The translations under genes and the position numbers were made by a program. From Candidatus Zambryskiibacteriota bacterium (GTDB lineage Bacteria; Patescibacteriota; Minisyncoccia; Phycocordibacterales; DATDWN01): a stretch of 64,000 bases of DNA. Below, piece by piece: positions 38,939 through 49,375 of the stretch (position 1 is the first letter of the stretch; each line of letters begins with the position of its first letter). The stretch lies in the NCBI GenBank assembly GCA_003173855.1, contig PPGI01000008.1:10119-74118 (forward strand). The letters are read 5' to 3'. Under the pieces are notes generated by a model. That model ran no database searches and was not told the DNA's origin. It saw only the letters and a program-made list of their open reading frames with translations.

Positions 38939-41113
38939 ATGATAAAAAATTTTCTGAGAATAATGTTTTCAGTAGGATTGTTCGGATTTGCAACGGTCGC
39001 ATTTGCTGGAACTGGAATTGGAACAACAGTTACGCTTCCTTCGACAGTTACAGTAGGTGATACTGGAGTTGCAGCAAGTATTCAGTTTGTTAATACATCG
39101 ACAGCACCAGATAATGTAAATACAATTTCTATTTCAAATATTACGTTGTCTACAACAGCAGGTAACACGGGTGTTTTTTCAATCAGTGCATCAGGTAGTC
39201 AGCATGCAGGTACTTCTTGTGGAGCAGCAAGCTTTACAATTACACCAGGTGCTCCTGGAACATGGACAGTTACACCAAATACTACTCTTCAACCTGTCGG
39301 CATAACTGGAACATGTCAGATTGATTTTACAGTTAATATTCTTTCATACCCTTCTACTGACGATAACGGAGCATTTGCTGGAACACAAGCATTCCTTAAG
39401 GTAAATGGAGATGCAGTTAATACTTTTACTGGGACACCAGGAAATGCTGCAGGAACAGGACAAACAACAGTTAGCAAAGCCTCACCTTCAATTGCAACAG
39501 TTCCATCAGCTGGTGGACCGGTTGGAACAGTATTAAATGATACTGCTACACTTTCTGGAGGAGCATCTCCTACAGGAAATGTGACATTCAAACTTTTTGC
39601 TCCATCTGATGCAAGTTGCTCTGCTTCAGCACTTTACACTGACACTGATGGATCAGCACCTTATGGAACAAGTCCTGGATTTACAAGTCTTGTAGCAGGT
39701 ACATATCATTGGACAGCAGATTATGCTGGAGATGCAAACAATAATGCAACTTCAAGTCCATGTTCAGCAGAAACAGTTACAGTTACAAAACGTTCTTCCT
39801 CTGTTACAACTACAATTCACGATGTTGGACATAATGCAACAACATCTGTTGCAGTCGGAACAGGAGTTCACGATAACGCAGTTGTTTCTGGGTCTGGACC
39901 AACACCAACAGGGACAATCTCATTTAGCATTTACCCAAGCTCAAGTTGTGCAGTCGCTTCAACAAGTTCACAAACTGTTGTATTAGTAGGTGGAGTTGCA
40001 GAAACAGGAACAACAACAGTAACTTCAACAGGTCTAGCTTACAAAGCATTCTATGCGGGTGATTCAAATTACAGTTCTTCAGTAGGAGATTGCGAAACTT
40101 TGCAAGCTGTAAAATTAACTCCAAATGTTTCGACGGATGTTCATAACTCACTTCATCAAATCGTAACAACAGTTCCAGCAGGTTCAATAGTTCACGACAG
40201 TGCAACTGTAACAGGTTCTGGAGGAACTCCTACTGGAACAGTTAATTTTACAGTCTTTCCAAATGGAGTTTGTACAAATGACACAGGAAGTCCAGCAGGT
40301 AGTCACGCATTAAATGGAAGTGGTATTGCTGATGGATCAAATCCAGAAGGGCCATTATCACCTGGATCGTATTCATTCATGGCAAATTACCTTGGTGATG
40401 ATACTTATCTACCTAAAACAGGATCTTGCGAGCCTTTAACTGTTGGCAAACAAAGTCCATCAATTTCGACAACATTATCGACTACAACATCAGTAACTAC
40501 AGGAACAGCAGTTCACGATAGTGCAGCACTTTCTGGTGCAACATCTGATGCTGGTGGAACAGTAACTTATAATGTTTATTCTGGTTCAGTTTGTTCTGGC
40601 TCACCAGTATTTACGAGCGGACCTCATACAGTATCACTCGGAGTTGTTCCAAATTCTAATAATTTCACATCACTTTCTGCCGGAACATACAATTGGCAAG
40701 CTATTTATTCTGGCGACGCAAACAATAACGCTACATCAAGCCCATGTCAGACCGAAATACTAGTTGTTACAGCTCCACCAGCAGGTCAGTGGTGTTCACA
40801 CGGATATTGGAAGCAATCACAACACTTTGATAGCTGGGTAGGATACTTGCCATCACAGTTATTCTCATCAGTATTTGAAAATGCATTTCCAGGAAAAACT
40901 CTACTTCAAGTATTGCAACAAGGTGGCGGAGGATTGAACGCACTTGGTCGTGATACAGTTGGAGAGCTTCTAAACACTGCAGCAGGATTGAATACAGGAT
41001 TTACTACAAGTCAGATAATTGCAAACTTTAGTGCAGTATTCCCAGGCTCAAACAGCCAATACGATACATTGCATGCAACGTTTGTAGCTCCTGAAAACTG
41101 TCCTCTTAACTAA
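38939..41113 (+). CDS. secreted Ser/Thr-rich protein with Ig-like repeats
   Basis: Signal peptide; repeated D(T/N/S)A..SG..PTG.V.F..C and Y.GD.NN..(S)C units. Confidence 0.85.
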   Translation: MIKNFLRIMFSVGLFGFATVAFAGTGIGTTVTLPSTVTVGDTGVAASIQFVNTSTAPDNVNTISISNITLSTTAGNTGVFSISASGSQHAGTSCGAASFTITPGAPGTWTVTPNTTLQPVGITGTCQIDFTVNILSYPSTDDNGAFAGTQAFLKVNGDAVNTFTGTPGNAAGTGQTTVSKASPSIATVPSAGGPVGTVLNDTATLSGGASPTGNVTFKLFAPSDASCSASALYTDTDGSAPYGTSPGFTSLVAGTYHWTADYAGDANNNATSSPCSAETVTVTKRSSSVTTTIHDVGHNATTSVAVGTGVHDNAVVSGSGPTPTGTISFSIYPSSSCAVASTSSQTVVLVGGVAETGTTTVTSTGLAYKAFYAGDSNYSSSVGDCETLQAVKLTPNVSTDVHNSLHQIVTTVPAGSIVHDSATVTGSGGTPTGTVNFTVFPNGVCTNDTGSPAGSHALNGSGIADGSNPEGPLSPGSYSFMANYLGDDTYLPKTGSCEPLTVGKQSPSISTTLSTTTSVTTGTAVHDSAALSGATSDAGGTVTYNVYSGSVCSGSPVFTSGPHTVSLGVVPNSNNFTSLSAGTYNWQAIYSGDANNNATSSPCQTEILVVTAPPAGQWCSHGYWKQSQHFDSWVGYLPSQLFSSVFENAFPGKTLLQVLQQGGGGLNALGRDTVGELLNTAAGLNTGFTTSQIIANFSAVFPGSNSQYDTLHATFVAPENCPLN

Positions 41114-41264
41114 TATTTGGACCAAAAAACTTATCAGTATACCTGATAGGTTTTTTGTTTGAATAAAAAGGTCGAATTATTAATAAGTTTTCATTTTTCA
41201 CTTTGAGTTCATTGTTTTCTATTAGAATGGTCCTCGTTCGTGTTTATAAGTTAATTAAATATAA

Positions 41265-41972
41265 ATGCAAAAATTTTTATCAAAATTAGCAATAACAGGG
41301 TTAATATTGGGCTCGATGGTTGGAATTGCTCAAGCAGCAACAAGTCCGGCTACAGCAAATGAATGTAAAAACGGCGGATGGAAAACTTTCACTGCTCCTG
41401 CATTCAAAAATCAAGGACAATGTGTAAGTTATGTTGAACACTTAAAGAAAAATCCACCACAAACTAACAATCTAACATGTTTTTCAGGTCCAACAGATCT
41501 TTCAATTTACGGAGGAACATGTTCGATAACTAATGGTGTGGCAACATTAAACAATTCTGATAGCAATCCAAATGGCGATTATTCGGGAGTTTATTATCCA
41601 ACAAATGCGTCTTCTGGACAGTTATTGAGTAGTATTACATCACTTGGATACACCTATTCAGGAACAGTCTCCCCAACGCCAGGAGATTTAAGCCTCAACA
41701 TTCCAGTTGATACAGATATCAATGGAACAACAGACGCTTATGCCTTTGTCGATGCATTCTATTGTCCGGGAACAGCTGGAACAGTGGATGTAATCCACGA
41801 TCCTGTCTGTGGAATCTGGGTAAATAGCATTGAATATCCAAATTGGGCAGCACTAATTGCAGCTAATCCAACATGGAAGGTCTCATCTGACGTGCCATTT
41901 ATCGTTGCAGAGAGAACGCCAAGTGAACCATCTGCAGTTTGGACAGTATCAAACGTTCAATTAGGACAATAG
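41265..41972 (+). CDS. secreted hypothetical protein
   Basis: Signal peptide; ECKNGGWKTF..FKNQGQCVSY module. Confidence 0.8.
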   Translation: MQKFLSKLAITGLILGSMVGIAQAATSPATANECKNGGWKTFTAPAFKNQGQCVSYVEHLKKNPPQTNNLTCFSGPTDLSIYGGTCSITNGVATLNNSDSNPNGDYSGVYYPTNASSGQLLSSITSLGYTYSGTVSPTPGDLSLNIPVDTDINGTTDAYAFVDAFYCPGTAGTVDVIHDPVCGIWVNSIEYPNWAALIAANPTWKVSSDVPFIVAERTPSEPSAVWTVSNVQLGQ

Positions 41973-42015
41973 TTTAAACTAACAAATAAAAATAAAAATC
42001 CGCTTCAGCGGATTT

Positions 42016-43455
42016 TTATTTTTTCACAACATGAAATCCAGGAGAAGGCTTAAAAACAGCCATTAGAACTCCCACGCCTTCCATAAAACTAAAGGCCGGT
42101 AAGAAAATAATTTGTGCCAAGTACCATTTTATTCTAGTAAAAATATTTGTAACACCATATTCATCTAGATTTGCTTTAAGTCCAATCAGATAAAGTGTAC
42201 CAAATGTTGCAAATGAAAAATTAGCTAAAAATCTAATTACAGGATTAATTTCTACTCCATAAAATAGATGCACCACTGTATACATAATTGCAAATGGAGC
42301 AACTGTCCATAAAAGGGTATTAATTCCCAAAGAAATGCGCCACTTAATATCTACTGGAGCGTGAATAGCTACTTTGGCTAAACCTTGATACCATCGACGT
42401 CTTTGTTTAACGAAATCTTCAACAGATTGTGTTGATTGTTCTTCAAGATAACCTTCTACCCATCGACATCGATGACCTCTTTCCATCGCCATAAGCGCCC
42501 AAAAAGCATCTTCAGTAATAGAACCTTTTGGGCCAAGATCAAACCCGATAGCTTTTTCAATATCATTTCGTACGACAATATATGAACCATGTAACCCGAA
42601 AATTGTAATTCCAATTCTGTGTTGAAGATGAAAACGTGCGAAATCATCACCAGTTCGGACATTGTCAGCAAGAGTTAAAAATGGATGTTTTTGCCATTTT
42701 CTGTGATAAAGTATTGCTCCTTGACCAATTCTTAATTCACCGGATTTTTCTTCTTCTGAAATCATAGCTGCTATTCCTTTTATTCCGGATGGTGTTGGTT
42801 GAGTTTCTTCATCTAAGTGCACGATCCAAGCATCATCAGGTAGTGTTGAATTTAAAGTTGCATAGTGAAGAGCTCGAGCTTTGTACAATGTATTGTTTGA
42901 AGTTCTGTAATCAGATGGGACAGTAATGTATCGGATATCATAATTTGGTGGTAAAAATTTTATGTTTTTTGTATCAGTAACAACTTCGATTACATATTTA
43001 AAAAGAGGAAGTTTAGTCATTTCCTTTTGACAACGTCTAACTGTTTCTTCTAGAGCTTCTATATTAGTACCTCTAGATACTATTCAAAAGGAAACCAGAT
43101 TATTAATTGGTTTAACACTATCTAGTTTTTCTGGATGGCGATACCGAAGCATTCCCATTAATCCAAAAGTTCCTGGAATGACTGCAGTAATCCAAACTAT
43201 GCTTAACCAGGCCCAAATTTTTTCGAAAATTGTTATAGCTTCTCGACTATTTGGCCAAATCCACATTTGAAGAAGATATAGGGCAATTGTTATTGAAATC
43301 ATCCAAAAAACCACTAATACCCGGTGTCCTGTAAGTAGACTAAAAGCCCAGTCTCTAACCGGTTCCTTTTTATGAACAGTTTTTGGTTTAACTCTAGGAT
43401 TTATAATCTCAGCCATTTTCCTAGGCGAGACAATTCGTATTGCTATTTCTGCCAT
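42016..43455 (-). pseudogene. egghead-like GT2 glycosyltransferase interrupted by in-frame TGA at 43084-43086
   Basis: Both ORFs share a frame; KARAL, WIVHLDEET, GSITED, QRRRW motifs. Confidence 0.85.
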
Positions 43456-43585
43456 ATAAAAAACTCCCTATAGGAGCTCGATTCACACTAGCACATAATT
43501 ATTATTTGTCAATAGATAAATATGCTTAATTGATTTTTCAGAGGTTTAGATGTATATATAGGTAAATAATTTAAAAAATAAAAAA

Positions 43586-44851
43586 ATGATAAATAAAAAG
43601 ATCGGAATAGCAGTTGTTTTAGGGATTTTATTATTAGTTGGTGCAGGTCAAGTCTTAGCAAAACAAAAGGATGACACGATTCCCGGACAATATATTGTTG
43701 TTCTGAAGGATTCAGTAGCCGATTCAGATGTTGACTCTGTTGTTTCTGATTTGGTCTCAAAACACAATGCAGGGGAGTTATATTCATATCATAAAGCTGT
43801 TAAAGGATTTACGGCAACAATTTCTGATTCTGAAGTAGACAAAATTAAAAAAGATCCGCGAGTGGATTTCGTTAGCGAAGACAGAGTTGTTTCAATTGAT
43901 AAAGTTAATGTCGAAAAAATTGGACAAGTAACTGCCCAATCGGAAACTATTCCAACAGGAGTTTCTCGAGTGGCAGCAACAAATACAGTTAACAAAGGAC
44001 AAGGAGTAAATATTGCTGTAATCGATACCGGAATTTATTCAGCACACCCAGATCTTCAAGGTGCAATTCTAAATAGTGGAACAAGCTGTATTAGAAGAAC
44101 TTCATCTCAAGATGATAATGGTCATGGAACACACGTTTCTGGAACAATAGCAGCACGAAATAACGGCATTGGTGTTGTTGGAGTCGCTCCAAGTGCAAAA
44201 CTTGTGCCTGTAAAAGTTCTTGATCGAAATGGGTCTGGAACATGGTCATCAGTTATTTGCGGAATTGATTGGGTAACAAATCACGCAGCTCAATACAATA
44301 TTAAAGTTGCAAACATGAGTTTGGGTGGAGGTGGTACATCGGATAACAATTGTGGAAATACAAACAACGATGCTCTTCACAAAGCAATCTGCCGTTCACG
44401 AGATGCAGGTGTGACATACGTTGTAGCTGCAGGAAATTCGGCAGCTGATGCTGCAAATTCCGTACCTAGCGCTTATGATGATGCGGTGATTACAGTTTCG
44501 GCACTAGCTGATTCTGATGGTAATGCGGGAGGAGTAGGAGCAGCAACTTCATACGGAAATGATGATACATTTGCTTCGTTTTCTAACTTTGGATCAGTTG
44601 TTGATCTTGGTGCGCCAGGAGTTGATATTCTTTCAACCTGGAAAGGTGGTGGATACGCAATTCTTTCTGGAACTTCAATGGCTACGCCACATGTTACTGG
44701 AGCAGCAGCACTTTATCTTGATGCTCACCCAGGATCTACTTGGACACAAGTTCGAGATGGTTTAATGACTATTGGTGAGGAGAAAGGTTTTGGGCACACA
44801 GATCCTTCAGGTTTGCATCCAGAGATAGTTCTAAATGTAAATAGTTTGTAA
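43586..44851 (+). CDS. secreted subtilisin-like S8 protease with I9 propeptide
   Basis: AVIDTG, HGTHVSG, AAGN, GTSMATPHV. Confidence 0.96.
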   Translation: MINKKIGIAVVLGILLLVGAGQVLAKQKDDTIPGQYIVVLKDSVADSDVDSVVSDLVSKHNAGELYSYHKAVKGFTATISDSEVDKIKKDPRVDFVSEDRVVSIDKVNVEKIGQVTAQSETIPTGVSRVAATNTVNKGQGVNIAVIDTGIYSAHPDLQGAILNSGTSCIRRTSSQDDNGHGTHVSGTIAARNNGIGVVGVAPSAKLVPVKVLDRNGSGTWSSVICGIDWVTNHAAQYNIKVANMSLGGGGTSDNNCGNTNNDALHKAICRSRDAGVTYVVAAGNSAADAANSVPSAYDDAVITVSALADSDGNAGGVGAATSYGNDDTFASFSNFGSVVDLGAPGVDILSTWKGGGYAILSGTSMATPHVTGAAALYLDAHPGSTWTQVRDGLMTIGEEKGFGHTDPSGLHPEIVLNVNSL

Positions 44852-44893
44852 AATAAAAACTCCCGCTTTGGCGGGAGTTTTTATTTAGGAAAT

Positions 44894-45823
44894 TTACTGT
44901 GACTGGGTCACAAACGAATTTTGACTTGATGTCGCAGTGTTTCCACTAAAGTCAGTTGATCCAACTACGAAATAATATGTGGTCGACGTTGATAATCCTG
45001 AAAGCAACACTGAATGGTTCGTTACTCCGCCTACAATTGAAGTCATTGTTGCAGTCGAGAAATTTATTGGAGTTGTTGAACTAAACCAAACAGAACTTGT
45101 TGAGTTTTCGTCTGTATTCCATTTAATTGTTGAAGTTGTGACTGTAGTTGAAGCGGAAATGTTTGAAATTATAGGAGCAGTTGTATCAGAGGTTGGAGGT
45201 GTAGTTGTTCCGAACATTGGATGCTTGTTCAGTATTCCTGGAGGAAGTGTTTGACATGGTGGCACAATAGGCATTTCGTTACCTTCATGTTTTAACCATC
45301 CAGGTGCGATTAAGTGTCCAGGAGGAATTTTAGCGCAAAGTCTTTTATGTTCACCATGGTCCTCATCTCTTTCAGTGCTAGTTGCCTCAATATCCAAACC
45401 AAGATTATCTTTTTCTTCGTTCAATTTTCTAAGTGTTTGTGGGCCAACAAAGCCAAGAGCTTCGATGCCGTGCTTCTTCTGGAACTTTTTAACTGCTTCT
45501 GATGTCATTTGTCCAAAAAATCCTGTGATTAGACCTTGAGGATAAACAGTTGGATCTGCTGCAAGAATCGCTTGTAGTGCTTTCACGTCATCACCGCTCA
45601 TTCCTTGGCGCAAACTCCTAATTAGAGACAAAGTTCCAGATATGTTTTGAACAGTAGTTTGAACCTGTTGCTGGGCTGAATGCAGGGCTTCGATCTGCGC
45701 TTGCAGAGTCTGGATTTGAGTTAATAATGCTTGGATTTGAGTACTAGTGCTTGTATCGGCAATAGCCAGTGTTGGTCCAACAACCAACGAAAAAACTACG
45801 AATATTCTTGTTATTGTTTTCAT
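44894..45823 (-). CDS. secreted peptidoglycan-binding protein with FN3-like C-terminus
   Basis: GMSGDDVKALQ..TGFFG..AVKKFQ; HSVLLSGLSTSTTYYF. Confidence 0.85.
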   Translation of the reverse strand: MKTITRIFVVFSLVVGPTLAIADTSTSTQIQALLTQIQTLQAQIEALHSAQQQVQTTVQNISGTLSLIRSLRQGMSGDDVKALQAILAADPTVYPQGLITGFFGQMTSEAVKKFQKKHGIEALGFVGPQTLRKLNEEKDNLGLDIEATSTERDEDHGEHKRLCAKIPPGHLIAPGWLKHEGNEMPIVPPCQTLPPGILNKHPMFGTTTPPTSDTTAPIISNISASTTVTTSTIKWNTDENSTSSVWFSSTTPINFSTATMTSIVGGVTNHSVLLSGLSTSTTYYFVVGSTDFSGNTATSSQNSFVTQSQ

Positions 45824-45933
45824 TTAAAATTGAATTATTAATAATCCTACTTACTAAGACGGTAAATAACCGATCTTAATTACATTTTAGCAATAATAAA
45901 CAAAAAAGCCCGGGAGTTTTCCCGAGCTTTTCA

Positions 45934-46398
45934 CTATCGTATTACACAGAGGGGAGTAGGAGATCCGAGAGCTGTTTCTTGTGATTTAGGAGCACAAACC
46001 ATTATCTGATTACTTGTAGTTGAGGAGATTGTATAACCTGTGTTTGCAGTTGTTCCGCCATCAGGGTCCATTGGAATTCCAGCGGCAATATATGTTGTTG
46101 CAAGGCAGCTGAGGTCAGAAAATGTAGGACCAACAGTTGTTCCGATCGTTGTACTTGCTGAAGAAGCTTTAAAATATACACCATTGCATGTCCAAATCCC
46201 TTTATTATCAGCAATATTCTGGCCAATAGCATTTAGAATTGTATTAATATTGCTTAATCTCTGCGTATTACGAGCTTGAGCAAATTGTCTTGAAGGATTG
46301 ATGGCAATGATAACTATTGTTGCCAAGATTGCGATGATTCCAATAACGACAAGGATTTCGATCAATGTAAAACCACTATTTTGGTTTACTTTTTTCAT
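45934..46398 (-). CDS. type IV pilin (probable major pilin)
   Basis: GFTLIEILVVIGIIAILA, AINP. Confidence 0.92.
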   Translation of the reverse strand: MKKVNQNSGFTLIEILVVIGIIAILATIVIIAINPSRQFAQARNTQRLSNINTILNAIGQNIADNKGIWTCNGVYFKASSASTTIGTTVGPTFSDLSCLATTYIAAGIPMDPDGGTTANTGYTISSTTSNQIMVCAPKSQETALGSPTPLCVIR

Positions 46399-46478
46399 AA
46401 AATTTTTTATTACTAATAACTGTAGTATCAGTGCAAAATATCACAAATAATTTTTCTTGCAAAATAGACAGCTCTCGA

Positions 46479-46877
46479 TTAATAGGTTGCTATTTCTTCC
46501 CAAGAAACGATGCTCAAATCATTTGGGTGAACACTAATTTTAAGATTAGTGTAAAAATTAAAAACATTTGATTGAACATAAAAAATTCTTGGATCTCCTG
46601 AAGATTGAATTGGCCCAAGCTTGCAGGTATTTCCTGAACTAATAGTTATTGTCGTTGTGCTTAAGTTAACTGTGTTATTTGCGATAAGTAAAAGTCCTTC
46701 TCGGGCACAAGCTTCTGCATTTGTCACACTTCGTTCTTTAAATTCTGAATCAAGAATTGCATAACGTTCAAAAAAATTACTGACTGAAAGCGTTACAGCA
46801 ATGAGTAAAAGAATAGCAGAAACCAAAATGACAGATATGAGAGCAATAAAACCTGATTTTTTGTTTTTCTTTTTCAT
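46479..46877 (-). CDS. minor pilin (PilX-like)
   Basis: GFIALISV with no Glu5; AEACA. Confidence 0.75.
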   Translation of the reverse strand: MKKKNKKSGFIALISVILVSAILLLIAVTLSVSNFFERYAILDSEFKERSVTNAEACAREGLLLIANNTVNLSTTTITISSGNTCKLGPIQSSGDPRIFYVQSNVFNFYTNLKISVHPNDLSIVSWEEIATY

Positions 46878-47345
46878 TTAGTTGCGCATATATCTCGTCA
46901 CAGTAATTACATTGCCATTTACAGTAACGTTCGCAGTAATTCCAGCAGGGGAAGCAGAGCTTATGAAATTGAGGCAAGAGACAGTTACATTTGCCGTTGA
47001 AATTGGATAATATGAAACGCCATCATCTTCGATTTCTATATAATTTATTCCGCTAACTTGATGCAATCGAACACTGACTGGGTTAGGCAAGTCCGTTCGA
47101 TAAGTTGTTAAATTTTGGTTACAAGCAGTTCCGGAAATGACTGGAGAAGTAACTGGATCAAGACTGCTTAAACTCCAAGCAATTTTGTGCAAAATAAAAT
47201 TTCCTTCTTCTTCTGTGCGCAATTTTGAATCCAAATTATCTCCACTTTTAATTATTTGGAAAGCAGCAGTAAATCCGCTCGTTAATAAGATAGTAAAAAG
47301 TGCAATATAAACGATCATTTCGATTAATGTGAATCCTCTGTTCAT
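46878..47345 (-). CDS. minor pilin
   Basis: GFTLIEMIVYIA. Confidence 0.88.
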   Translation of the reverse strand: MNRGFTLIEMIVYIALFTILLTSGFTAAFQIIKSGDNLDSKLRTEEEGNFILHKIAWSLSSLDPVTSPVISGTACNQNLTTYRTDLPNPVSVRLHQVSGINYIEIEDDGVSYYPISTANVTVSCLNFISSASPAGITANVTVNGNVITVTRYMRN

Positions 47346-47346
47346 A

Positions 47347-48825
47347 TTATGGACTATAAATTATTTGAAGATTTGGAGTTGATTGGCCAGTCGAATAAAT
47401 AAAATCTGGATCATAATCAATTCCACGATTAACAACATTACCGAAATTGTAAGTTTGGACAACACTAATGTTTGTAGGATCGGAAATATCCAAAATTTGA
47501 AATTCCTTTGTCACTTTTGGTGTAGCGATGAAAGCAAATCTGCCAGCAACGCGGATTGCCTGGACTCCCGTACCAACATCTTTTGACCCAAGAAGCGTTA
47601 ATCCGGCTGACGGATTCGAAATATCATAAACATACAATTCAGATCCTCCTGGAGTAGATTGTCGACCAAAATATAATTTATTTCCTGAAGCAAACACACT
47701 TAAACCATTTTGAATTCCAGGCAAATCTTGATTTGCTGCAGTCACTTCTAATATGCTCAATGGGTTTGTGACATCAAAAACGCGCAATTCTTTATCATCC
47801 TCGTCGGTAGCCATGTAAGCGTAGCGTTTTATAACGCCATTGATTAATTGATCTTGGATAACCATGTCATTTACAGAGTCGCCAAGATCTAATCCTTTAC
47901 ATCCCACACTGCCAATTGAATATTCAGTTGGATTAGCTGGGTTTGAAACATCAAAAATATGAAATTCCGGGCCTGCGGTAAATAGAGTAGTTAGGTAAAG
48001 AGTGTTTTTATAAAAATAAACCAGATTTCCTTGTGGTTCTGAACCAGTAACACAAGCAGATAATCCGCGAAATACTGCTGTCGGTTTTAAAATATTTGTA
48101 ACATCGATTGATGCAAGTTGCTGCGTTGATGAATTAATGGCAGCAAATGCATAATTTTTATTTAAAGACGGATATCGAACTGCGTCAATTGAATTTATTT
48201 CGTGTCCAGCATCAAAACCATTTGTAAAACTCACTAACAAACCAGAATTTTGCCCCAGAAATGCACCATCTGTGTCAGCTATTGCCAGGAATGGAGATTT
48301 ATCAACTCCCAAATAAACAATTTTATTTAATTCATCTAGTGCAAGTGGCTTGCCAGGACTTGTTGTATCTGATGCAAATCGAGTAGGATTATTCCAGTTC
48401 GATGTTGGTGGGTCAGTTATGCAATCTCCGCCAAGAGCAAGAGCAGTTTGACCATCAACTAAGTAAGTATTGAATTCAATTTTTTGCGGACGAAGTGGGC
48501 CTAGTGACCAAGTTGTTGTAACTTTCGCTTGTTTTTTACATTGTGTTAAATCAGAAACTGAGAGAGTTTTTAAATAGGTGATTGGTCCGGAAATTTCCTG
48601 AGTAGTACTAGATTCGACAGACAGGAAATTTTGTTTTGCTAAAGCAAATGTGCCCTCAAGAACCTTTTCCGTTTTGTACATTGCCTCATGGTTTGTTTGC
48701 GTGTCGACCGAAACTGATTGATTGCTAAAAATTATTAAAATGACTGCAGAAAGTGTCATAATAAGCACAGTAAAAGCAATCAAGATCTCAATTGTGCTGC
48801 TGCCTCCGTTAAATTTGTTTTTCAT
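47347..48825 (-). CDS. large pilin-like protein with LVIVD-type beta-propeller repeats
   Basis: GSSTIEILIA after ATG 48825; FDVSNP, FDVTNP, YDISNP, LDISDP repeats. Confidence 0.85.
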   Translation of the reverse strand: MKNKFNGGSSTIEILIAFTVLIMTLSAVILIIFSNQSVSVDTQTNHEAMYKTEKVLEGTFALAKQNFLSVESSTTQEISGPITYLKTLSVSDLTQCKKQAKVTTTWSLGPLRPQKIEFNTYLVDGQTALALGGDCITDPPTSNWNNPTRFASDTTSPGKPLALDELNKIVYLGVDKSPFLAIADTDGAFLGQNSGLLVSFTNGFDAGHEINSIDAVRYPSLNKNYAFAAINSSTQQLASIDVTNILKPTAVFRGLSACVTGSEPQGNLVYFYKNTLYLTTLFTAGPEFHIFDVSNPANPTEYSIGSVGCKGLDLGDSVNDMVIQDQLINGVIKRYAYMATDEDDKELRVFDVTNPLSILEVTAANQDLPGIQNGLSVFASGNKLYFGRQSTPGGSELYVYDISNPSAGLTLLGSKDVGTGVQAIRVAGRFAFIATPKVTKEFQILDISDPTNISVVQTYNFGNVVNRGIDYDPDFIYSTGQSTPNLQIIYSP

Positions 48826-48826
48826 A

Positions 48827-49375
48827 TTACCAGTCAATTTGACCTGCATGGTTAAGAGAAATAAGTGACGTTCTGCCATCTTTAGTTATCGCAATTTGCA
48901 CTGTTTGAGTATCTCCAGAAAGTTGCAGAAAAACTACTCCTCCAAGGGAGCACGGAAAAATATTTGGTGTGGAACTTACTGTGACACCCGCATTGCCAGC
49001 AATCTGCTCGTTATTTGGACTGGGACTGTAAGTTAAACCTCGAAACAACACATAGGTTGGGCTTTTTGGATTTGAATTGTCGTAACAGAGCCCACTGGGA
49101 GACTGGAAATAATTATTCATCGATCTTTCGCGTGCACGGCTCAAAGCGCTGACAAGAATTGATCTTTCCGATCTAAAAATTGTTCGTTTGTAGGAATCAG
49201 TCGTCACTAAAATGCCAAAACTCATGATAAGAAATACGATTCCGATAGTAATCATTGTTTCAAGCAAAGTAAACCCGGACACCAAATTTGGCATTTTTGA
49301 ATCTTTGTTGCGAATACGCAACGATGCCAAACTTGGTGTACGGGTAAACCCAGAATTGTTTTTTCTTAAACTCAT
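48827..49375 (-). CDS. minor pilin (FimT/GspH-like) with 25-aa palindrome-derived leader insert
   Basis: GFT-RTPSLASLRIRNKDSKMPNLVS-GFTLLE. Confidence 0.88.
   Translation of the reverse strand: MSLRKNNSGFTRTPSLASLRIRNKDSKMPNLVSGFTLLETMITIGIVFLIMSFGILVTTDSYKRTIFRSERSILVSALSRARERSMNNYFQSPSGLCYDNSNPKSPTYVLFRGLTYSPSPNNEQIAGNAGVTVSSTPNIFPCSLGGVVFLQLSGDTQTVQIAITKDGRTSLISLNHAGQIDW
49269..49351 (-). mobile_element. 75-bp in-frame palindromic insertion flanked by GTAAACCC direct repeats
   Basis: Arms 49273-49294 and 49324-49345 match 20/22; direct repeats 49269-49276 and 49344-49351. Confidence 0.8.

Noticed and set aside
43084-43086. TGA recoding (genetic code 25 Gly, or selenocysteine)
   Set aside because: No conserved gene in the window has an internal TGA, ftsH ends at TGA, and the position fits Arg (CGA)
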